Source: Anaerolineae bacterium (GTDB lineage Bacteria; Chloroflexota; Anaerolineae; 4572-78; NAK82). From it: a stretch of DNA of 47,727 bases. Positions 1 to 10,400 of the stretch are shown here, piece after piece (the first letter of the stretch is position 1; the number at the start of each line of letters is the position of its first letter). The notes beneath the pieces were generated by a model. That model had not been told where the DNA came from. It searched no databases and saw only the letters and a list, made by a program, of their open reading frames with translations. The DNA is taken from NCBI GenBank assembly GCA_049969215.1, contig JBMFPH010000003.1:1-47727 (forward strand), written 5' to 3'. The position numbers and the translations under genes are program-made.

Positions 1-81
1 TAGCGGAACAGCCGGACCGGGGTCTGAGCCTCCTTTTGTATCCGAGTGGAGAGAGCTTCCCCTGAGAACTGAAAAGCCCTG
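1..81 (+). mobile_element. Right end of an ISAs1-family IS: transposase C-terminal fragment (1-65) plus right TIR (65-81)
   Basis: AGAACTGAAAAGCCCTG (65-81) is the exact reverse complement of CAGGGCTTTTCAGTTCT (47321-47337), which precedes an ISAs1 transposase. The frame from base 3 reads AEQPDRGLSLLLYPSGESFP-stop (TGA 63-65). Confidence 0.85.
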
Positions 82-126
82 GGAGTACTTGCGCCAAGAG
101 ATCGTTACCAGGCAATGGGTGCCTCC

Positions 127-160
127 AGCCGAGCCGCGCGCGTGAGCAAGCGGCTTGGCT
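127..160. terminator. GC-rich hairpin downstream of the FGGY kinase gene, possible terminator
   Basis: AGCCGAGCCGC (127-137) pairs with GCGGCTTGGCT (150-160), one G-U pair. Confidence 0.4.
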
Positions 161-199
161 TTCCGCAGAGCAACCCCCATAGCCAAATCTGCGGCGGGA

Positions 200-1759
200 T
201 TACAACGCAGCCGGCGGCGTCGGAAGTTCCGCCAGCTGATGGAACACCTGATCCCAATCTTTCATCAGCGATGCGTACAATGCAACAAAGGGTTGATAAA
301 ACGCGTGGTACTCTGCGCGCGGCTCGATGCGCGCTGTCTCTTGCACAAAGCGGCGTGCGGTCGCTTTCAAGTCATCGAACACTCCCACCGCAAAGCCAGC
401 CAGTATCGCGGCACCCTGCACGGCATACTCCTGGCGGTTCAGTCGCACATATGGAACGCCCAATACATCTGCTTTGATTTGATTCCAGAGCTGACTGACC
501 GCGCCACCACCGATCACACGCACCTCCTTGAACTGCAGGTCGGGCAGTAACGACTTTTCGATCCCCATATAGGTGGCATACTCAAACGCGACCGCTTCGA
601 GCGTGGCGCGATAGAGGTGCGCTTTGGTGTGGCTCCAGGTGAAACCCAGCCACAGGCCGCGCAGGTCGGGACGACTGGGGCACACACTCCCGCCCAGGTG
701 GGGCAGGAAGATAAGCGAATCACAACCGGCGGGAACGTGGGATGCCATCTCGTCGAGCAGTGCGTAGACACTTTTGCCTTGTTGTATCGCCTGTCCCTTT
801 TCTTCCTGTGCGAGTGTGTCACGGAACCAGCGTAAGTTCAGGCCACCCCCATTGATATAACCCAAGGCATACCACAGGTCGGGGGGCACCAGATGTGCCG
901 TGAAGAGCGTCCTATGCCGCACATCAGGCACATACCGATCGGTGCATATGGAGAGGACAGAGGCGGTTCCGGCCACATCCAGGACGATCCCAGGCTCAAC
1001 CATCGCCGCGCCCAGGAGTCCAGCAGCCTGATCGCCACACCCGGCCGCAATAGGGGTACCGGCGAGCAAACCACAATCACGCGCTGCCTCTTCGGTCACC
1101 CGCCCGATGATTTCCCAAGGGGGCACAATGCGCGGCAGCTTTTCTAATGGTACCTCGAAGAGGGAGAGCAGCTCCGCATCCCACGTGCATTTGACCGTGT
1201 CGCAGAAGGAAGCAAAGTTCAGATGGGTATAATCAATGTAAGCGTCGTCGCCCTTGAGGCCGGCCATACGTCCGGCAGTATAACATACCGGCACCACAAA
1301 TTTGTGCACGCGGGTGAACACCTCTGGTTGCTCATGCTTCCACCACAGGATTTTCGGTCCATGGCAATAGCTGGGCGGCCCCCCGGTGCGCTCGATGATG
1401 AGGTCGGCGTACGGTTGCATCATCTCGATATAGGGCTTACAGCGGGTGTCCAGCCACGAATCGTAGGGGGTGGGGGTGTTCCAGTTTGCATCTATGGTGC
1501 CCACACCCGCCATTTGTCCATCGAAGGCAATCGCCGCCACATCGCGGGGGTGGACGTGGCTTTTTTCGAGACACTCACATATGGTGCGCATCGAAGCAGC
1601 ATAGAAGTCATTCGGATCCTGCTCCACCCAGCCTGGGCGCGGATAATAGAGCGTTGACTCCTCATAGGCGCTGGCAATCAAATTGCCAGAGACATCGAAG
1701 ATGGCTGCTTTGGTGCCCGTGGTGCCTAAATCAACTCCGATCAGGTAGGGTGCGCGCAT
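200..1759 (-). CDS. FGGY-family carbohydrate kinase (xylulokinase-like)
   Basis: Motifs GVDLGTTGTK, DGQMAG, WLDTR, GCGDQAAG, GGGAxSxLWNQIKAD; 519 aa; GGAG RBS. Confidence 0.92.
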   Translation of the reverse strand: MRAPYLIGVDLGTTGTKAAIFDVSGNLIASAYEESTLYYPRPGWVEQDPNDFYAASMRTICECLEKSHVHPRDVAAIAFDGQMAGVGTIDANWNTPTPYDSWLDTRCKPYIEMMQPYADLIIERTGGPPSYCHGPKILWWKHEQPEVFTRVHKFVVPVCYTAGRMAGLKGDDAYIDYTHLNFASFCDTVKCTWDAELLSLFEVPLEKLPRIVPPWEIIGRVTEEAARDCGLLAGTPIAAGCGDQAAGLLGAAMVEPGIVLDVAGTASVLSICTDRYVPDVRHRTLFTAHLVPPDLWYALGYINGGGLNLRWFRDTLAQEEKGQAIQQGKSVYALLDEMASHVPAGCDSLIFLPHLGGSVCPSRPDLRGLWLGFTWSHTKAHLYRATLEAVAFEYATYMGIEKSLLPDLQFKEVRVIGGGAVSQLWNQIKADVLGVPYVRLNRQEYAVQGAAILAGFAVGVFDDLKATARRFVQETARIEPRAEYHAFYQPFVALYASLMKDWDQVFHQLAELPTPPAAL

Positions 1760-1875
1760 TGCCTGGTCTCCTTTTTTTCATCTCGGGCTTACTCTATCGG
1801 GATCTCATTTTCACAGATGTCATCCCGTGCACGAATCTTACGGACGCGCTGGCAGTCCGAGCGTTTGCCGTGTAG

Positions 1876-2844
1876 TCATTCTCGCAAAAGGTGTTCGATC
1901 TCCCTGCTGTGGACGCGATAATGCCGGGCTAAAGCGTTCAGCACCATGCGCAGATCTTCGGGCAAAGGTGCCTTCAGTGACAGGAGTTCCCCCGAAGGGT
2001 GTTCGAAAGCGAGTTGCCAGGCATGCAGGAACTGACGTGGCATAGCGACCTGCTCGTGCCGACGGCCATATATCCGGTCGCCGGCCACCGGTATGCCCAA
2101 CCAGGCTAAGTGGACGCGAATCTGGTGTGTGCGCCCTGTCTCCGGGTTGACGCGCAGCAACGTGTAGTCTCCCAACGTCGCCAGCTGCTGATAAGCGGTA
2201 CGCGCCATACGTCCCCCCGCTATAACCGCCATACGCTGTCGCCGATTGGGGTCACGCCCCACAGGTGCCTCGATAACCCCCTGGGGTGCCGGGGGACGAC
2301 CGTGCACCAAGGCCATGTAGGTCTTCTGGACGCGGTGTTGCTTAAACTGTGCGCGCAGATGCTCCAACGCCCGTTCGGTCTTGGCAACAACGAGGAGACC
2401 AGAGGTGTCGCGATCCAAGCGATGGACGATTCCGGGGCGGTCGGATCCGCCTGTGGCCAAAGTGGGGCAATGCGCCAACAGGGCATTCACCAAGGTGTCG
2501 TGTGTGTGCCCAGCGCCGGGGTGCACCACCAAACCGGCCGGCTTGGCGATCACAAGCAGCTCCGCATCTTCGTAGATGATCTCTAGGGAAAAGGGCTGAG
2601 CTACGAGCGGTACCGCGGATGGCTCCGGCGGGATGCGTAACGTGACCTGCATACCCGTTTCCACCAACATGCCCGGCTTGGTCGATCGACCATCTACAGT
2701 GACCAGGCCAGCACGAATGAGTTGTTGAATGCGCGAGCGCGACAGCTGGGATAGTACGCGTGCTAGGTAACGGTCGAGGCGTTCTCCCGATTGTTCGATC
2801 TTCAGCTGGATCACTTGGTGGTCCTGCGACAAAGGAGACACCAC
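1876..2844 (-). CDS. rluD: RluA-family pseudouridine synthase (RluD-like, S4 domain)
   Basis: ERLDRYL S4 domain; KPAGLVVHPG, catalytic HRLDRDTSG and GRTHQIRVH motifs; lies downstream of lspA, a common arrangement. Confidence 0.93.
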   Translation of the reverse strand: MVSPLSQDHQVIQLKIEQSGERLDRYLARVLSQLSRSRIQQLIRAGLVTVDGRSTKPGMLVETGMQVTLRIPPEPSAVPLVAQPFSLEIIYEDAELLVIAKPAGLVVHPGAGHTHDTLVNALLAHCPTLATGGSDRPGIVHRLDRDTSGLLVVAKTERALEHLRAQFKQHRVQKTYMALVHGRPPAPQGVIEAPVGRDPNRRQRMAVIAGGRMARTAYQQLATLGDYTLLRVNPETGRTHQIRVHLAWLGIPVAGDRIYGRRHEQVAMPRQFLHAWQLAFEHPSGELLSLKAPLPEDLRMVLNALARHYRVHSREIEHLLRE

Positions 2845-2876
2845 CGCATCAGCAGAATGTTACGGTATGGCTACGC

Positions 2877-3170
2877 TCAGTGACGAGCTCTTTCATCCGA
2901 ACGGTGCAATCCGGCGGCACGGGCCAAAGCATAGCGAGCGGCACTCGATTGACGGCCACCGGCATTGCGATAAACCTGTTGGCGTTGCACCAGATGATGG
3001 GCGAGGAGCAGACGGCGCAAACGGGAGATGCCAGAGACCGGTTGTGCGCGCAGCCAGCGGCCGAGAAGAGCAGCACGGGCTCCATAACGTGTCCAGCCAT
3101 GGCGTGCCAATGCTACCACAGCATCAAGTGGCCTGGGAACCGCTGAATCCGAACTGGCTTGATCGTTCAC
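2877..3170 (-). CDS. Hypothetical small Arg/Ala-rich protein
   Basis: 97-aa ORF filling the lspA-rluD gap; its GTG start overlaps the lspA stop (GTGA). No recognisable motif. Confidence 0.35.
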   Translation of the reverse strand: MNDQASSDSAVPRPLDAVVALARHGWTRYGARAALLGRWLRAQPVSGISRLRRLLLAHHLVQRQQVYRNAGGRQSSAARYALARAAGLHRSDERARH

Positions 3171-3712
3171 GAACGCACCTCCTCATCCACCTGTGCGTGC
3201 CCTCTTCGCGCTTTCACCCGCTCCATGCGCCATAGCTGATAAATAATCAACAACACCCCGATCGTAATAGAAGCATCAGCAAGGTTGAAAATGGGCCAAA
3301 AGCTGATGTCAATGAAATCGACCACATAGCCGAAGCGCAGACGATCGATCAAATTGCCGATCGCACCCCCCAGTTGCAATCCTAAACTGATCCGGATCAA
3401 CCAATCTTCGGCTGGCAGGTGACGGTAATAGATCACAATGGCAATGACAACGATTATCGCGATAAGAATGAAGAGGCTGCCCTGGTTGGGAAAGAGCCCA
3501 AATGCCGCGCCGCTATTGGTGGTATGGGTGATACGAAAGATCTCCGCAGCTCCGCCCGACCATGGGCTCCACCAGTGTCCTTCGGGAAGCCACGCTACCA
3601 CCCATGATTTGCTGAGCTGATCCAGGCTGACCACAACGGCCACGATCAGAGCCAGCAAAAGAAAGGGCAACGCATCCTTCAACCGCAGGGCACACGCATG
3701 TAAACTTTCCAT
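3167..3712 (-). CDS. lspA: Lipoprotein signal peptidase II
   Basis: LDQLSK, NSGAAFG, GAIGNLIDRL, VVDFI and FNLAD motifs. Start placed at ATG 3712 after GGAG; the ORF is open to 3754. Confidence 0.95.
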   Translation of the reverse strand: MESLHACALRLKDALPFLLLALIVAVVVSLDQLSKSWVVAWLPEGHWWSPWSGGAAEIFRITHTTNSGAAFGLFPNQGSLFILIAIIVVIAIVIYYRHLPAEDWLIRISLGLQLGGAIGNLIDRLRFGYVVDFIDISFWPIFNLADASITIGVLLIIYQLWRMERVKARRGHAQVDEEVRS

Positions 3713-3880
3713 ACTTATATCTCCACCATCGTCACGCCCCACATTGTAATACACGTGCGCAGCAGGTGCAAAGAGGCTAGGAGAGGCACTTCATTTTTGG
3801 AGAGACGCGGTGGAACGTGGTTGCAAGAGGCGATTGAAATCGCCTCTCGAGGGCCGGCGGCACACCCGCTAGGCGCGACT

Positions 3881-4525
3881 TCAGTCGCCGGCCTTCTTGA
3901 TGATGGACTTGATGATGGACAGTGGCACGCGAAGCATATCCCAATCTTCCGGCGTGTCCAGGTCGAACGCCAGGGTGGGGGTGCGCACGATGACCGGTTG
4001 GATGCCCATCGCCTGCGCACTGGCGACGTGGCGGGCAAAACTTGCCGCTCCAAACCGAAACGGGATGAGCAACGGCGGCCGCATCAGCAACGCATTCGTG
4101 CCGATGCCGTGTTGACATGGCGCAATCACCACCGCGGGCGCACCCACTGCCGTATGCAACAACGTGCGCACATCCTCATCGCTGAGAAAGGGCAGATCGG
4201 TCGGCAGGATCAGGATTCCCCCGATGCCACGAGTGAGGACGAACTGACTTGCCTGGATAAGCGCCGCGTTCAGATCATCGCTCTCTTCCTCGATGGGCAG
4301 TCCCCCATACCGTTGCGCGTCTTTCAGCACGTGGGGGTCACGGCTGATCACCACGATGCAGGTGAGATGACGTCGCACCAGGCGCAGGGTGCGCCGGAGC
4401 AGCCAGCGGCTCAACCGTATGCGCTGTTCCACGCTGAGGCAGTCCGCCAGGCGCGTCTTGGCCTGGTGATAGGGCTTGCACGGGATAATGCACGCGATGG
4501 TATCCGAGCAGTGCGGTGTGTTCAT
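3881..4525 (-). CDS. cofC: 2-phospho-L-lactate/PEP guanylyltransferase (F420 biosynthesis)
   Basis: IIPxKxxxxAKTRL, LNAAL, ILPTDLP, GTNALL, FGAASF..H and DLDTPED motifs; overlaps cofD (ATGA). Confidence 0.92.
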   Translation of the reverse strand: MNTPHCSDTIACIIPCKPYHQAKTRLADCLSVEQRIRLSRWLLRRTLRLVRRHLTCIVVISRDPHVLKDAQRYGGLPIEEESDDLNAALIQASQFVLTRGIGGILILPTDLPFLSDEDVRTLLHTAVGAPAVVIAPCQHGIGTNALLMRPPLLIPFRFGAASFARHVASAQAMGIQPVIVRTPTLAFDLDTPEDWDMLRVPLSIIKSIIKKAGD

Positions 4526-5571
4526 CCTTCCTGCAAGGCGAACCGCAGGGTCTCACGCGCCAGACGCGCGCGATCCACCTCATCGCGCATGACGATGTCC
4601 GTCGCCAGGGTACGGATGCCCATCTGGGCGGTGATGGTGGTCGCGCAGGCGGCATCTTGATGGTCCAGCACAAAACCGGTGAGCAGATCGCGATAGTGTG
4701 CTGCGACCGTCACCGGCGAGACTTCCAAATTTAATTCGCGCATCATCTTGGCGGCTGGCCCTTTGAGCGCCTGTCCTGCCACGATGGGGGAGATGGCGAC
4801 GCGCGGTGCACGCACCGCCCCGAGGATGCGGCGCATCGCCGGCAGCGCCAGGATGGGATCCAGACTGACAAAGGGGTTCGAAGGGCCAAATAGGATCACA
4901 TCGGCACTGCGCAGCGCACTGACCACGGCCGATGTGGGTTGTGCCTGTTCGATACCCTCAAAGCGGATGGCGCGTACACGCGGCTGCCATGCATAGCGCA
5001 CGAAATACTCCTGAAACGCCAGCTCGCCCTCGTCCGTGAGCACGCGCGTGTGCACCGGGGCATCGCTCATGGGCAACAAGTTCTGGCGCACGCCCAGTAA
5101 CAGGCATAGCTGCTGCGTGACCCAGGTGAGCGGAAACCCTTCGCGCAACCATTGGGTGCGCAGCAGATGAGTGGCTATGTCACGGTCACCCAGGCGAAAC
5201 CAGGTGGGGGCTTCGTAGCGCGCCAGCATGGCCAGTGCATTCCAGGTGTCGTCTTTGATGCCCCAGCCGGTCTCATGGTTCACCAAACCAGCGAGGGTAT
5301 ACATCACTGTGTCCAGATCGGGTGAGATATGCAATCCCAGGTGTTCAAAGTCGTCGGCTGTATTGACCACGCACGTCAACCGTTCAGGGGGCAATAGCTG
5401 TGCCAGCCCGGATGCCAGCTTGGCGCCGCCAACCCCTCCAAGCAAGGCTACGACGTTGACATGAGAAATTTGATCCGGAGTCTTTTGCGTCGCCGGGGCA
5501 ATCTGCTCGTCTGCGTGTACCCCTGTACTCATAGATGGGTGCTCTGATCCTTTTCCGTGGGCTTGGTGCAT
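4522..5571 (-). CDS. cofD: 2-phospho-L-lactate transferase (F420 biosynthesis)
   Basis: LGGVGGAKL, VNTADD, ISPDLDTVMYTLAG, LGDRD, FQEYFV, PSNPFVS and KGPAAKMM motifs. True start may be 5532. Confidence 0.95.
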   Translation of the reverse strand: MHQAHGKGSEHPSMSTGVHADEQIAPATQKTPDQISHVNVVALLGGVGGAKLASGLAQLLPPERLTCVVNTADDFEHLGLHISPDLDTVMYTLAGLVNHETGWGIKDDTWNALAMLARYEAPTWFRLGDRDIATHLLRTQWLREGFPLTWVTQQLCLLLGVRQNLLPMSDAPVHTRVLTDEGELAFQEYFVRYAWQPRVRAIRFEGIEQAQPTSAVVSALRSADVILFGPSNPFVSLDPILALPAMRRILGAVRAPRVAISPIVAGQALKGPAAKMMRELNLEVSPVTVAAHYRDLLTGFVLDHQDAACATTITAQMGIRTLATDIVMRDEVDRARLARETLRFALQEG

Positions 5572-5675
5572 AGTGTATCCCCTGTAGGGAGAAAGCCAAA
5601 ATGCTGGCTGGTTGCCCTGCCCAGGGTTTCTCTCGATGGCATGTTCGGATTCATTGCAGCCCAGCCTCGCTCAAC

Positions 5676-6662
5676 TCAGCTTGGCTGGAGCAACTTGAGC
5701 GCATACAGGGCACGCAGCGTGACCCACTTGTTGGCATGGCCGATCGCGCCGAAGCGAGCCCAGCTCTTGCCGGGCGTGTGCTCCAGTGCCCATCTACCCT
5801 TCGCGATCTGTTTGTCCAGCAGCCAAGGAATACAGTCTCGTACATAGGGATGGCGCGCATAGCCTGCGAGTGCCAGCACGGTCATCGCCTCAAGCAGGTC
5901 AGCGTGTTCTGTCAGCGGGAACGTTAAGGTAAACCATAACGGGCTCACAACGCCATCCGCTGCCGGGTATGCCGCTCTGCGCAATGGGACGGACACGAGC
6001 AGATCGATTCCGCGCTCGATCGCCGCAGCAACTTTCGCCGTGCGCTTTTCTGCATCCAGTCCCAGGAAGGCATTGAGCACTTTCACAGCGCCCCAGGCGC
6101 ACGGCAACCCTGCGTTATGGGTGCAACCAAACCCATGTTGGAGGATATCCGACGCTGTTGCTTCACACGTCTGCACCACGCGGGGATCGTCCGCGTAACC
6201 CAGCTGCTGCAACGCCCACAAAAGGGCACCGTTGAGGCAATGGAATGCCGCGCGAGGGGCCCGGCCGGCGATAAAGCGGCCATCGCGGGTACGCCGGCCC
6301 TTCTCCAGCACGTGGTCACAAGCACGTCGCAGCGGCGGAATGGGTGGCGTACCCAGCTGGGCGAGAAATATGATTTGCCACATCGTGGCACGATAGCGGG
6401 GACTGGCTGATGCTCCGGGCGCGATCCAGTAGCCGCCCTTTTGCATGTCAGCAGAGGGTGGATATTGCGCTTCCAGGATGTGCCGGGCAGGCGGTGTGTC
6501 AGGGATGGCGCGTTGGGCAGCCTGCACTTCCGGGGCATCCGGTGGGAGTTCCCATAACTGTGTCAGCGTCAGGTAACGCGCCGAGGGATTTTCCTCTTCC
6601 AGCAGCCAATCGAGTGCCCGATCACGCAAGGTCGAGTAGCACTCCGTCTCTTTCATCGTCAC
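5676..6662 (-). CDS. Prenyltransferase/squalene-cyclase-repeat-like protein of unknown function
   Basis: DWLLE..NPS.RY, QY...G.W, W..I.LAQLG, CAWGAVKVL, WLLDKQ...G.W and NKWVTLRAL patterns typical of this uncharacterised alpha/alpha-barrel family. Confidence 0.65.
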   Translation of the reverse strand: MTMKETECYSTLRDRALDWLLEEENPSARYLTLTQLWELPPDAPEVQAAQRAIPDTPPARHILEAQYPPSADMQKGGYWIAPGASASPRYRATMWQIIFLAQLGTPPIPPLRRACDHVLEKGRRTRDGRFIAGRAPRAAFHCLNGALLWALQQLGYADDPRVVQTCEATASDILQHGFGCTHNAGLPCAWGAVKVLNAFLGLDAEKRTAKVAAAIERGIDLLVSVPLRRAAYPAADGVVSPLWFTLTFPLTEHADLLEAMTVLALAGYARHPYVRDCIPWLLDKQIAKGRWALEHTPGKSWARFGAIGHANKWVTLRALYALKLLQPS

Positions 6663-6690
6663 ATATCCGATCCCCGCGTCTCCCTACCGC

Positions 6691-7476
6691 CTAGCCATCT
6701 TCCAGCACGGCGCGCGCCTGGTGGAGCACCGCATCCAGCATCTGGGGCGTGAGCCGTCCGGTCTGGGTATTCTGGCGGCTGGGATGATAGGAGGCGATCA
6801 GGTGGATCGGTGTATCTGTGTCGTGGTGCTCCAGATGGCAATGTAGCGCGTGGGCGAAACGCAGTCGAGGGACATGATAGCCCGATCGCTTGAGCAACTC
6901 CAGGGATGTAGCAAAGGCGAGTTGACCCAGGGCAAGCACAACCCGTGTTCTGGGCAATAATTGCCACTCCCGTGCCAGGAATGGGCTGCACGCAGCAATT
7001 TCGTCCCTCGTGGGGCGGTTGGCGGGCGGGGCACAGCGCACGATCGCGGTGATGAACGCGTCGTAAAGCGTTAGCCCGTCGTCCGAATGGGTGGCATAGG
7101 GCTGGTTGGCGAAGCCGGCGCGGTAGAGGGCAGCATAGAGCGTGTCGCCGGAGCTATCGCCGGTGAACATGCGGCCAGTGCGGTTCGAGCCGTGCGCGCC
7201 CGGTGCCAGCCCCACGATTAACAGGCGCGCCTGGCGGTCACCGAAGCCCGGCACCGGCCGGCCCCAATAGTCCCAGTGGCGATAGGCAGGTCGCTTGTCA
7301 CGCGCTACCTGCTCGCGCCAATCCACCAAGCGCAGGCAACGGCGACATTGCACAATCTGCGTGACCAACTGTCGCCATTCAGGCGGCAATTCCTCACCCC
7401 ACCCGTTAGCCTGTGCGTCTGAGTCGCATGCACCTTTTGGATGCGACGCAATGGGCACGCGAATTGGGGGCACCAT
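6691..7476 (-). CDS. Uracil-DNA glycosylase, family 5 (UdgB-like, 4Fe-4S)
   Basis: CRRC, WGRPVPGFGD, GLAPGAHGSNRTGRMFTGD, RCAPP and YHPSRQNTQTG motifs. Start placed at ATG 7476, just after the upstream stop. Confidence 0.92.
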   Translation of the reverse strand: MVPPIRVPIASHPKGACDSDAQANGWGEELPPEWRQLVTQIVQCRRCLRLVDWREQVARDKRPAYRHWDYWGRPVPGFGDRQARLLIVGLAPGAHGSNRTGRMFTGDSSGDTLYAALYRAGFANQPYATHSDDGLTLYDAFITAIVRCAPPANRPTRDEIAACSPFLAREWQLLPRTRVVLALGQLAFATSLELLKRSGYHVPRLRFAHALHCHLEHHDTDTPIHLIASYHPSRQNTQTGRLTPQMLDAVLHQARAVLEDG

Positions 7477-7477
7477 C

Positions 7478-10400
7478 TCACCCTTCTTCTTTACTGCCGG
7501 CAGCTTCCAGAGGCGGTGGAAACTCCAGCAGCCGATGATTGTCCGAGTCCACCACCAGCAGGTCGCCGTCTGCCTCGAACGCCATCCCCAGCGGCAGAGC
7601 GAAGGAAGCCATATCGGCGCCATATTGGCCGAAGCTCAGCAGGAAAGTGCCCTGTGCGTCGAAGACGAGGATGCGGTAGCGTTCCGGATCGCTGGCGTAC
7701 ACATTCCCCGCACGATCCACCCGCACATAGGGCTTGTTGACCACCGAGGTGCTCTCCCAACTTTCGATGGCCCATTGGCGCAACGGGGTCATATCCGCGG
7801 AGAAAGCCTGGATGCGGCGGTTCCAGGTGTCCGCCACGTAGAGGGTACCGTCGGGAGCGAAGGCTAGGCTGGTGGGTTCGTCGAAGCGTCCGGGCAGAAT
7901 GCCGGCGCCGCCCCACTGGGCAATGAATTCTCCATCTGCGGTGAACTTCTGGATGCGCTTGTTGCCGGTATCGGCCACGTAGATATTGCCCTCTTCGTCT
8001 ATGGCGATGTCACGCGGCCCCCAGAAACCACCGGGGTCGCGGTCGATCTGCCCGCCGGTGTCGACGAAGTATCCCCACGCAAAGAGGAACGTGCCTTTCA
8101 GGTCGAAGACCTGGATGCGATGGTTCCACGTGTCTGAGACATAGACGCGGCCCATCTCGGTGTTGACCGCAATCCCCCATGGCTCCTGAAATTGACCGGC
8201 GCCGCTGCCGCTACTGCCCCAGCTGCGCACCGCATTGCCCTGGGCATCCAGCACCTGGATGCGGTTGTTGCCGCTGTCCGCCACATACCAGAGGCCATCT
8301 GCTCCCACGGCGATGGCGCGCGGCGTCATAAACCGGCCGGGGCCGTTGCCCTGGCCACCAATAGCACGTTTTGCGCGGATCTCCTGGTGTTTCACGGCAT
8401 ACGGTTCGGTGGGCATCTCAGCCAGCGCTGGGCCAGTATGGTAGTCCCATAGCTGGTTCAGCACGTCTTTGCGCACATACATGTAGAAGCGGTGCACATA
8501 GGGCCATTGGTTCTTAGGCGTCTTGTGGCGGTGATAGAAAAAGACTTCCCAGAGCGCTTTACGGTTCTCGAACACCTCGTTCCAGGCGGCTTGGCGTCCT
8601 GCCGGATCATCGGGCAACGTGGCCGGCACAAAGTAGGTGTGCCATATCTTGATCGGAGACTGTTCCTTGTAAGTCTCCAATGGCCACCACACCAGTCGGT
8701 AGTTAAAACGCACATAGTTGTCGCCGAGGTAGGGTGTCACCTTGCCCTCGTTGGAGGGCCCCACGATGACGATCGGTGCTTCCAGCTGTTGTCGTGAGGG
8801 CGAGTCTCCATAGTAGGTGCGATTGGGGTACTCGCGGAAGTACCACTCCAATGGCCAGGTGGACTCGTTGTCGTAAGCCACCTTGATCAGCTTGTCACCA
8901 ACGGTGCGCCGCGATATGTCCTCGATTTGGCGCATCGCCAGAGTGACATCGGGCGCGCCGTGGGCATAGAAGAGGTACTCGCTCACATCGTCATAGTTGA
9001 TGAACGACACCAGCCAGGACGAACGGGCGGTGAAGACCGCCAGCACGATCAGCACAACGAGAAAAGCGACGCGCGCCGCCAGGAATCCCCCCAGCCGGCG
9101 TCCGTAGTGGATCAATCCATACATCAGCAGGCCGACCACCACCAGGCTGCCCAGCCATTGGCCAGTGTCGCGCAGATCGAAGAGGGAGTAGCTGCGGAAG
9201 GGTTGCACGCTCAATAGCGCGACCAGAGCTAATGCCGTCAAGGGTAAGAGCACAGCGAAAAGCACGCCACCATGTTCCCAAAGGGTTCGCCATCGCCCCT
9301 GCAGCCCTGCAAACACGCGTTCACAAGTCCAGGCGGCCATAAAGATGAGCGGCAGACTCATATGGGTCGTAAGCCAAGGCATCTTCTCGCCCGCCCAGCT
9401 ATAGATAAAGATGGCATCAATCACCCAATACAAGGCGAAGGCGGGGAAATAGACGTGCAGGACGTCCTCCACATCTGCGGCAACCGAGGGGGCGGATGGC
9501 TTCCCCTCTATGATGGGCTCACGTTCCAGTGCAGCGGGACGAGTGACGCGCCAGCGGCGGATCAGGTACCATATGCCGCCCGCTGCCCCAATGAAAAACG
9601 GCAGGAACTCATACAGCGGGAGCAACATCAAGTAGTAATACCAGGGCTGGCCGCCGCGCTGCACGTCTTGCTGGCTCAGCCAGTAGTAAATCGCCCCCCA
9701 TGTGCCGGAGACCAGGCCATAGGGATTGGTGAAGAACGTCGTGTAGAGCGTTACAAAGATGATAGCTCCGATCAATACGGCGATACCTACCTCGCGCAGA
9801 GGCAGGGAACGCACCGCTTCGCTCATAAGGCGAACAGGGAATAGCTGCACGCGTTGCTTCTCGAGCGGCAGCGTTTTGTCGGTGACGCTCAGCGCCAGCG
9901 TGGTGGCAGCGAAGAAGAGGCCAGCGGCCAATACGAGCAGGTGGATCACCTTCCAGGCAGCTCGCATGTTCTCTTGGGGCACTGCGCTGGCGCCGCCAGC
10001 AAGGCCCCCCACCAGCTGCTGGAGACCGCTGATCACCTGGCGCGCCATGTTGGGCGGTTGATCTAATGGGACAGGGCCGGCATTGCCGAAGGTGAGCCAC
10101 AACGCGATTATCCCTATCACTACCAATGCGGCGGTGCCGATCCAAAAGAGACGACGACGTTGGGTCAGTGAAAGGTTTTCAACCAATATGGTCGCCGCAA
10201 TGAAGGTGAGCCCGATAAAACCATGGATGTAGGCGATCTCCATGACGGTCAATGACAACACGACTGCAGCGGCACCGATATATAGCCAGCGCCTCATCCG
10301 CAGGAAGTCGCCCCGTTGCCAGGCGGTCAGGTAGTGGAACAGGCTGACATACATGACCAATGTGAAAACTTCATTGAAGATGTCGTGACGCAGGTGACGG

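Noticed and set aside
7477-7623. N-terminal extension of the UDG ORF
   Set aside because: Overlaps the upstream gene; a better start lies at 7476.
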